DNA of 64,000 nt from Sulfurimonas sp. (GTDB lineage: Bacteria; Campylobacterota; Campylobacteria; Campylobacterales; Sulfurimonadaceae). The stretch lies in the NCBI GenBank assembly GCA_021648465.1, contig JAKISR010000003.1:1532-65531 (forward strand), written 5' to 3'. Each line of letters begins with the position of its first letter. The first letter of the stretch is position 1. The notes beneath the pieces are model-generated. The model had not been told where the DNA came from. It did not search any database and was given only the letters and a program-made list of their open reading frames with translations. Made by a program: the position numbers and the translations under genes. Positions 58,087-64,000 of the stretch are shown here, piece by piece.

Positions 58087-58158
58087 TATATGAAATTTTT
58101 CTTGCAAATAGGCACAATTTTCTGAGGAACTACTTCCTTAGAAAAGGAGACAAATAAT

Positions 58159-59208
58159 ATGAAACCACAATATTTTGTAGCAATATTATTTGCAACATCA
58201 CTTTACTGGATGTATCTTCTTTATGCACCATTTCTTTTAGCAATAACAATTGCCGCTCTTTTAGCAGTGTCAACTTCAAATATCCAAGCATTTTTTGAAA
58301 AAATATTGCGTTCAAAATTAAGAGCGGCATTAATTTCAAGTTTTTTATTAGCAGTTTTATTTTTTGCTCCACTTGGTTATTTTTTAGCTACCTTAACTAT
58401 GAAGTTAAATACATTAGAACCAGAAATATTAATAAAACTTCAAGAGTATATTGCTGATTTTATTTATAATCCACCAAAGTATTTATTGTTTTTAAAACCA
58501 TATGGAGTTAATGCACTAGAACAATTAAATATAAATGAGTTTACGTCAAATATATTATCAATTACAGCAACAGTTGGAAAATTTAGTGCAGGATTTCTAA
58601 AAAATGCTTTTTTAATTATAATATTTTACTTTTTTGCACAATATAGTGGTGAATCAATAATGGGGTATATTAAACGAGCTATTAAGATGTCAGTTGATGA
58701 AACTACACTTATAATAAAAGAGATTTCATCAGTTATGAGTGTGGTTTTTTACTCAATTATAGTTAATGCAATGTTTCAAGGAATTCTTTTTGGTGTAGCA
58801 GTATCATTTATGGGATATAATGGATTGTTATTTGGGATTATGTATGGATTTGCATCTTTAATTCCTGTTATAGGTGGTGTATTGATGTGGCTTCCATTTA
58901 TGATATTTGAGTTGTCTATTGGAAATAATTCAAGTGCAGTTTTCATAGCATTGTATACAATTATAGTTATATCTATCGTAGCAGATACTTTTATTAAGCC
59001 TATAGTAATTAAAGAGATAAATTCTAGACTTTTAAATGAAGATGATACTAAAATAAATGAACTTATAATTTTCTTTGCTATTATTGCTGGACTTGCTACA
59101 TTTGGCTTTTGGGGAATGATTTTAGGACCTGCTATAACAGCTTTTTTCTTAACAATTATGAAGCTTTTTGAACAAAGAAGTGATGAATATAATTCAAAAG
59201 ATTACTGA
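58159..59208 (+). CDS. AI-2E family (PerM/YhhT-like) transporter
   Basis: It is 349 aa with about 8 TM helices, matching the pattern of the AI-2E family. SD aaggag is upstream. Confidence 0.8.
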   Translation: MKPQYFVAILFATSLYWMYLLYAPFLLAITIAALLAVSTSNIQAFFEKILRSKLRAALISSFLLAVLFFAPLGYFLATLTMKLNTLEPEILIKLQEYIADFIYNPPKYLLFLKPYGVNALEQLNINEFTSNILSITATVGKFSAGFLKNAFLIIIFYFFAQYSGESIMGYIKRAIKMSVDETTLIIKEISSVMSVVFYSIIVNAMFQGILFGVAVSFMGYNGLLFGIMYGFASLIPVIGGVLMWLPFMIFELSIGNNSSAVFIALYTIIVISIVADTFIKPIVIKEINSRLLNEDDTKINELIIFFAIIAGLATFGFWGMILGPAITAFFLTIMKLFEQRSDEYNSKDY

Positions 59209-60092
59209 TCTTTTTTATAAATTTCAGGATATTCATTTTTAAATCTACGGTGAACCCAAAACCAAAATTTTGGTTCTTTTGTTATAAGAGTGCTTAACCA
59301 ATCTGCTTGAAGTTGAGTTGCTTTTTGAATATCAGCTTGTTCATTATTAGTTTTTTCAACTTTAATTTCATCAAATAGTATAAGTGTATAGTTTTCATCA
59401 TCGTCAGTACGTATGGTTATTGGTATAATTACTCCATTATATTTTCTAGCTAAGTATGCAGGAGTTGAAGTTTGGCGTACGATTTTTCCTAAAAATGTTA
59501 CCTCTACGCCTTCTCTTTTATTAATACTTGTATCAATTACTATACCACACCCTTTACCACTTTTCATAAGCTTTATAAGTGGTTTTATAACATTTGATTT
59601 TTCCAAAGAAGAGTTGCCAAATTTAGCACGAGATTCAAGTAGCCATTTTTGATATTGTTGATTTTTCATCTTTTTAAAAACAGCAGCTATAGGTTCTATA
59701 AAAGCACCTATTGATGAACCACCTAGTTCCCAAGCAGAATAATGTGGAGTAACATAAACAACAGGGCGACCCTCTTTATGAGCATCTTTTACAGCTTCAA
59801 TATTATGTATTGTTACTTTAGAAGTTAAATCCTCCTTGCTCATATGTCTAATTTCCATAAGATGCAAGAAGTTATAAAGAAGATTTTTAAAGCTATATTT
59901 TGTTATAGCAATTTTTTCTTTTTCACTTATCTTATTATCAAAAGCAAAGTCAAGATTTTTAAAAGCTACATTTCTGTATCTTGAAGAGATATAATAAGCT
60001 AGTATGCCAAGTAAAGTAAAAAAACCTTTTCTAAATTTTTTTGGTAAAATCATTAAAAGTTTTTCAAGTAGTAAAAATAGTTTAAAACCCAT
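59202..60092 (-). CDS. lipid A biosynthesis (Kdo)2-lipid IVA acyltransferase (LpxL/HtrB family)
   Basis: It has an N-terminal TM anchor and HYSAWELGG (an HX4E/D-type motif). Size and pattern fit lauroyl/myristoyl acyltransferases. Confidence 0.8.
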   Translation of the reverse strand: MGFKLFLLLEKLLMILPKKFRKGFFTLLGILAYYISSRYRNVAFKNLDFAFDNKISEKEKIAITKYSFKNLLYNFLHLMEIRHMSKEDLTSKVTIHNIEAVKDAHKEGRPVVYVTPHYSAWELGGSSIGAFIEPIAAVFKKMKNQQYQKWLLESRAKFGNSSLEKSNVIKPLIKLMKSGKGCGIVIDTSINKREGVEVTFLGKIVRQTSTPAYLARKYNGVIIPITIRTDDDENYTLILFDEIKVEKTNNEQADIQKATQLQADWLSTLITKEPKFWFWVHRRFKNEYPEIYKKDQ

Positions 60093-60124
60093 ATATATTC
60101 TTATCCTTATATTTTATAAATAAA

Positions 60125-60130
60125 ATTATA
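60125..60130 (-). promoter_or_regulatory. -10 box TATAAT (minus strand) for the lpxL-like gene
   Basis: Plus strand attata at 60125-60130 lies 33 nt upstream of the ATG at 60092. Confidence 0.4.
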
Positions 60131-60150
60131 TCAAATTGTAATAAAGCATT

Positions 60151-60159
60151 TGGTATAAT
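60151..60159 (+). promoter_or_regulatory. extended -10 (TGgTATAAT) for the operon starting at 60191
   Basis: TGGTATAAT at 60151-60159 lies 32 nt upstream of the ATG. Confidence 0.45.
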
Positions 60160-60190
60160 TCCGACAATTTTAAATAAGGTTAGTAAAAAA

Positions 60191-61096
60191 ATGGTTGCAT
60201 CAGATATTCAAAATTTCGCAGAAGGTCGTACAAAAGCCAGAGCATATTTTTGTTATTTATTTTCTAAAAACATTCCAAATAGATTACCATCTCTTTCTAT
60301 AGAGATGATAATGCCTCGTCTTTTAAAGATAAAGGCAGATTTACAAAACTGTGAAGGTGTATATCTTCTAGATTATCGTGGTGTACAAGTTACACCAACT
60401 TTCACCCCAAGCAAGCAATTTGATGAAGATACAGGAAAAATAAGAGCTGATAGAGCATATTATTATCGTGCAGTAAGAGAAGCAAGATGTACTATAACAG
60501 ATCCATATCCATCTCTTATAACAGGTGAATTAACAGTTACAGCATCTCAGCCTATATTTGATGAAAAAAATGAGTTGTTGTATGTTGCTTGTCTTGATAT
60601 GCCTATTGATGAAGTTATAAAAATAGCTAAACAAAATAGTACAGAGATGTTTTTCTCAAAATTTTTTAAATTTGCATATGGAGCTTTTGCTTTTGCTCTT
60701 ATAGCAATTTCATTATTATTATTTTTCAAAGGAATACAAAACTTTTTTCTCTATGATATTACACCTTCTCACTTTGAGATAGAGAGCGTATTTGAAGCAA
60801 CCATACTCTTAACCCTAGCACTAGCCATTTTTGATCTTGCAAAAACCATAATAGAAGAAGAGATTATGGGGCGAAATAAAGAGCAAAACATTTCTGGTCC
60901 ACATAAAACCATGGTTAAATTTTTAGGTTCAATTATTATTGCTCTTTCTATTGAAGCATTGATGCTTGTATTTAAATTTGCTATAACAGATCCTGAAAAA
61001 ATTGTATATGCTATGTATATAGTTTGTGGGGTAGCAATGCTTATAGTAACATTAGCAATTTATATAAAATTTACAAAAGTGAAGAATATTGAATGA
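60191..61096 (+). CDS. hypothetical protein: N-terminal Cache/PDC-like sensor fold without signal peptide, fused to a 4-TM C-terminal module
   Basis: DRAYYYRAVREARCTITDPYPSLITGELTVTASQPIFDEKNELLYVACLDM matches the Cache core pattern. Four hydrophobic helices follow. It has a 4-nt overlap (ATGA) with hisH. Confidence 0.55.
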   Translation: MVASDIQNFAEGRTKARAYFCYLFSKNIPNRLPSLSIEMIMPRLLKIKADLQNCEGVYLLDYRGVQVTPTFTPSKQFDEDTGKIRADRAYYYRAVREARCTITDPYPSLITGELTVTASQPIFDEKNELLYVACLDMPIDEVIKIAKQNSTEMFFSKFFKFAYGAFAFALIAISLLLFFKGIQNFFLYDITPSHFEIESVFEATILLTLALAIFDLAKTIIEEEIMGRNKEQNISGPHKTMVKFLGSIIIALSIEALMLVFKFAITDPEKIVYAMYIVCGVAMLIVTLAIYIKFTKVKNIE

Positions 61097-61707
61097 TAGG
61101 AATTGTTGATTACAATATGGGAAACTTAGCAAGTGTGCAAAATGCATTTGCTAAGTTAAAGCAAGATACAGTTGTAGAGAATGACCCAAGTAAGTTTAAA
61201 AACTATGATAAATTGATTTTACCTGGTGTTGGTGCTTTTGGGGATGCTATGGAGCATTTAAGAGAGCGAAATATGATTGAAGCATTAAAAGAGTATGCAT
61301 TAAGTGGTAAATATATGCTTGGAATTTGTCTTGGTATGCAACTACTTTTTGATAGATCTGAGGAGTTCGGTAAGCATGAAGGTTTAAAACTTATAAAAGG
61401 GGATGTGACAGCTTTTAATCCAAGCCGGTTTAGTGAGCCTTTAAAAGTTCCTCATATGGGTTGGAATAGAATGTTTACAAAAGAGCACACTCTTTTTAAA
61501 AACTTAGATGAAGAACATTATCTATATTTTGTACATACTTATCACGTAAACTGCACTAATAAAAAAGACATTATAGGACAAACAGGTTATGGATATGAGT
61601 TCACATCGGCGGTGGCTCATGAAAATATTATGGGTATTCAACCGCACCCTGAAAAAAGCCATAAAAATGGTCTTAAAATACTAGAAAATTTTATAGGACT
61701 TTATTGA
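61093..61707 (+). CDS. hisH: imidazole glycerol phosphate synthase, glutamine amidotransferase subunit
   Basis: LPGVGAFG, the catalytic GICLGMQLL and the HPEKS triad region are present. Confidence 0.95.
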   Translation: MIGIVDYNMGNLASVQNAFAKLKQDTVVENDPSKFKNYDKLILPGVGAFGDAMEHLRERNMIEALKEYALSGKYMLGICLGMQLLFDRSEEFGKHEGLKLIKGDVTAFNPSRFSEPLKVPHMGWNRMFTKEHTLFKNLDEEHYLYFVHTYHVNCTNKKDIIGQTGYGYEFTSAVAHENIMGIQPHPEKSHKNGLKILENFIGLY

Positions 61708-61710
61708 TTT

Positions 61711-61790
61711 ATGACGCCAGCGGGAGTAATCCCGCTAGCTAAGCTAACACTAAGTTTCCTTTGGCAGGAAGCTCACGCCACTTGTGGCTT
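61711..61790 (+). other. GC-rich structured spacer between hisH and hisA (three consecutive hairpins)
   Basis: The first is a 7-bp stem agcggga/tcccgct with a GTAA loop (61719-36). The second is an 8-bp stem with a ttggc loop (61753-73). The third is a 4-bp stem gcca/tggc with a cttg loop (61777-88). Confidence 0.4.
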
Positions 61791-61810
61791 TAATAAAAAG
61801 GATTTTTATT

Positions 61811-62521
61811 TTGACTTTATACCCAGCAATTGATTTAAAAGATGGAAAAGCAGTTAGATTAACAAAAGGTCTTATGGATAGTGCAAAGATTTATTCAGAT
61901 GAGCCATGGGCTCTTGTTAAAAAATTTGAAGATATGGGAGCTGAGTGGGTACATTTAGTTGATTTAAATGGTGCTTTTGCAGGTGAACCTAAAAACCTTG
62001 AACAGATTATTAAAATTAGAGAAAACTGTAGTGTAAAGTTAGAGCTTGGTGGTGGAATTCGTGATGAAAAAACTATTAAAAAAATGTTAGAAATTGGAAT
62101 TGATAGAATTATTTTAGGATCAATTGCTGTTAAAAATGCTCAATTTGTGAAAGATATGGCATCAAAATATCCAATAGCTGTTGGAATTGATGCAATTGAT
62201 GGTTTTGTAGCAGTTGAGGGCTGGGGTGAAGTTAGTACAATGCGAGCTACCGATTTAGCTCATGAATTTGCAAATGCAGGAGTAGAAACTATTATTTGTA
62301 CGGATGTAAGTAAAGACGGAACACTAAGTGGTGTAAATGTAGATTTTACTCTGGATATAGCAAGGGCAAGTGGTGTTAGTACGATTGCAAGTGGTGGAGT
62401 AAAAGATGAGGATGATATTAAGGCTTTAATAGAGACTAAAGAAATTGATGGTGTTATTATTGGAAAAGCTTATTATGAGGGTACAATAAACTTATCTAAG
62501 ATGTTTAAGTTATTAGATTAA
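61811..62521 (+). CDS. hisA: 1-(5-phosphoribosyl)-5-[(5-phosphoribosylamino)methylideneamino]imidazole-4-carboxamide isomerase
   Basis: [15 protein letters not shown] is at the N-terminus, with GGGIR and SGGV also present. The start was set at TTG 61811, 8 nt after SD aaagga (ORF track GTG 61784). Confidence 0.93.
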   Translation: MTLYPAIDLKDGKAVRLTKGLMDSAKIYSDEPWALVKKFEDMGAEWVHLVDLNGAFAGEPKNLEQIIKIRENCSVKLELGGGIRDEKTIKKMLEIGIDRIILGSIAVKNAQFVKDMASKYPIAVGIDAIDGFVAVEGWGEVSTMRATDLAHEFANAGVETIICTDVSKDGTLSGVNVDFTLDIARASGVSTIASGGVKDEDDIKALIETKEIDGVIIGKAYYEGTINLSKMFKLLD

Positions 62522-62602
62522 GCAATGCTTAATAATAATGTAATTAAAATTTAGGTATTATTATTCACTTAAATTACCAAAGATTATATAAAAGGATTTC
62601 AA

Positions 62603-62977
62603 TTGAAATTACTTGTTGTTGATGACAGCTCTACAATGCGTCGTATTATAAAAAATACTTTAGCTAGACTAGGATATAAGGATGTTCTTGAAGGTGCTGA
62701 TGGTGTTGAAGGCTGGGCTGCAATAGATTCTAATCCAGATGTTGATATGTTAATCACAGATTGGAATATGCCTGAAATGAATGGTCTAGATCTTGTTATA
62801 AAAGTTCGTGCTGATGATCGTTTTAAAGATTTACCTATTATTATGGTAACTACAGAAGGTGGTAAAACAGAAGTTATTACTGCACTTAAAGCAGGTGTAA
62901 ATAATTATATTGTTAAACCATTTACTCCACAAATTTTAAAAGAAAAGCTTGGTGCTGTTATGGGTGTTGAGGTGTAA
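62603..62977 (+). CDS. cheY: chemotaxis response regulator CheY
   Basis: It is a 124-aa single receiver. VVDDSSTMRRI, ITDWNMPEMNG and NNYIVKPFT are present. The TTG start follows SD aaagga. cheY-prmA-ftsH order matches Campylobacter jejuni. Confidence 0.9.
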   Translation: MKLLVVDDSSTMRRIIKNTLARLGYKDVLEGADGVEGWAAIDSNPDVDMLITDWNMPEMNGLDLVIKVRADDRFKDLPIIMVTTEGGKTEVITALKAGVNNYIVKPFTPQILKEKLGAVMGVEV

Positions 62978-63804
62978 TGCAGGAGCATTATTATGAGTTA
63001 GTAGTAAATCTATCTTCCCACCATTCACTTTTTTTAGACTTTTTAGCAGACACACTACCAATTGGTTTTGAAGAGATTGATAGTGGTTTTATTATTCGAA
63101 GTGAAGATGAATTAGATACTATTGTTTGGGGTCTAGAACAATTTGCTGGTGCTTTAGAAAAAGCACTAGGACAAAATGTAAATCTTGAATGCAAACAAAC
63201 AAAACTTAAAAATAGTGATTGGGTCGAAGTTTATCAAAATAGTGTAAAATCTATAGAAGTTGATAAATTTTATATTCATCAAACTTGGAGTGAGCCAAGT
63301 AAAGAGTTAATAAACATAATAATAGATCCTGCCTTAGCTTTTGGTACAGGCCATCACCAAACAACAGCATCTATGTTAAAAGCAATAATTAAGTGTGTAA
63401 ATAAAACTCATAAGGTTTTAGATGTTGGTTGCGGAAGTGGAATATTAGGTATAGGTGCTTTAAAACTTGGAGCAAAAGTAGATGCATGTGATACAGATCA
63501 AATATGTATTGAAAATTCTAAAAAAAATGCAAAATTAAATAATGTAGAATTTGAAAATATTTGGGAAGGATCATGTAATTTAACAGAAAATTTTTATGAT
63601 ATAGTTATAGCAAATATTGTTGCGGATGTTTTAATATTTATAGCTAATGATCTAAAAAATGTATTAAAAGAAGATGGAATACTTATTCTCTCTGGAATAT
63701 TAGATAAATATGAAACAAAAGTATTGGATTTTTATAAAGATTTTAAAATTCATGAAAAAACAACCCAAGATGAATGGGTTACAATAGTATTAAAAAAAGG
63801 ATAA
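62977..63804 (+). CDS. prmA: ribosomal protein L11 methyltransferase
   Basis: The SAM motif VLDVGCGSGILG, FGTGHHQTT and ANI are present. Confidence 0.93.
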   Translation: MQEHYYELVVNLSSHHSLFLDFLADTLPIGFEEIDSGFIIRSEDELDTIVWGLEQFAGALEKALGQNVNLECKQTKLKNSDWVEVYQNSVKSIEVDKFYIHQTWSEPSKELINIIIDPALAFGTGHHQTTASMLKAIIKCVNKTHKVLDVGCGSGILGIGALKLGAKVDACDTDQICIENSKKNAKLNNVEFENIWEGSCNLTENFYDIVIANIVADVLIFIANDLKNVLKEDGILILSGILDKYETKVLDFYKDFKIHEKTTQDEWVTIVLKKG

Positions 63805-63813
63805 AAACCAAAT

Positions 63814-64000
63814 ATGCAAAATAAAAATGATAATAATAATAATAATTTTTTTAATAAAAATCCATTAATTACATTTGCAATATTTTCAGTAGTTATAATA
63901 TTGTTATTTAAAGCTCTTGTTGGAGATACAACAAATACAAACTCTGCAATGAGTGCTGCAAATAAAAGAGTTCAAAAAGTTAGTTATTCAGAACTTAAAT
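63814..64000 (+). CDS. ftsH: ATP-dependent zinc metalloprotease FtsH, N-terminal fragment (continues past window end)
   Basis: My translation from ATG 63814 is MQNKNDNNNNNFFNKNPLITFAIFSVVIILLF...VSYSELK. This gives the first TM helix and the SYSEL/F start of the periplasmic domain. It lies downstream of prmA. Confidence 0.75.
   Translation, partial: MQNKNDNNNNNFFNKNPLITFAIFSVVIILLFKALVGDTTNTNSAMSAANKRVQKVSYSELK

Noticed and set aside
61711-61833. A 40-codon ORF ([40 protein letters not shown]) starting in the hisH-hisA spacer.
   Set aside because: It has no SD and GC-rich codons unlike the rest of the genome. It runs out of frame into hisA. The open frame is more likely a by-product of the GC-rich structured element.

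Overview
This is a visibly AT-rich, gene-dense chromosomal segment. Gene content and local synteny point to a Campylobacterota genome, Arcobacter- or Sulfurimonas-like (inference): cheY-prmA-ftsH, an HP0268-like gene next to miaB, an XerH-type recombinase, a MOMP-like porin and gap-pgk-tpiA-fabI. I can support about 60 protein-coding genes. There are 2 tRNAs: Val-GAC on the minus strand and Arg-GCG on the plus strand. I also found several intrinsic terminators, TATAAT-type -10 boxes and two Fur-box-like operators. I saw no rRNA, CRISPR array, transposase, prophage or recognisable defence genes.

Most of the window is housekeeping: glycolysis, tRNA and ribosome modification, nusA, uvrB, ruvB, his/trp/pan genes and lipid A or phospholipid enzymes. 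Signalling genes are interspersed: two large hybrid histidine kinases, an OmpR-type two-component pair, a Cache-GGDEF cyclase, an orphan Hpt and cheY. Envelope and transport functions include an OprB-like porin plus feoAB, TorF-like and MOMP-like porins, and a czcCBA-type metal efflux operon.

Candidates for undescribed biology, roughly in order of interest:
1. A translationally coupled trio of unannotated genes downstream of xerH whose sizes and topologies mimic PilM/PilN/PilO.
2. Two tandem hairpins with a conserved 14-nt loop, where the stems differ but still pair, lying between the MOMP-like porin and a lone peptide-type ABC permease.
3. Histidine-rich membrane proteins bracketing the czcCBA-like operon, the first carrying a textbook intrinsic terminator inside its own reading frame.
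4. A duplicated 27-nt Fur-box-like motif in front of both the OprB-like porin and feoAB.
5. A perfect 33-nt palindrome abutting the panB start codon.
6. A GC-rich three-hairpin spacer splitting hisH from hisA.

All functional calls come from motif recognition by eye. No database search was run.
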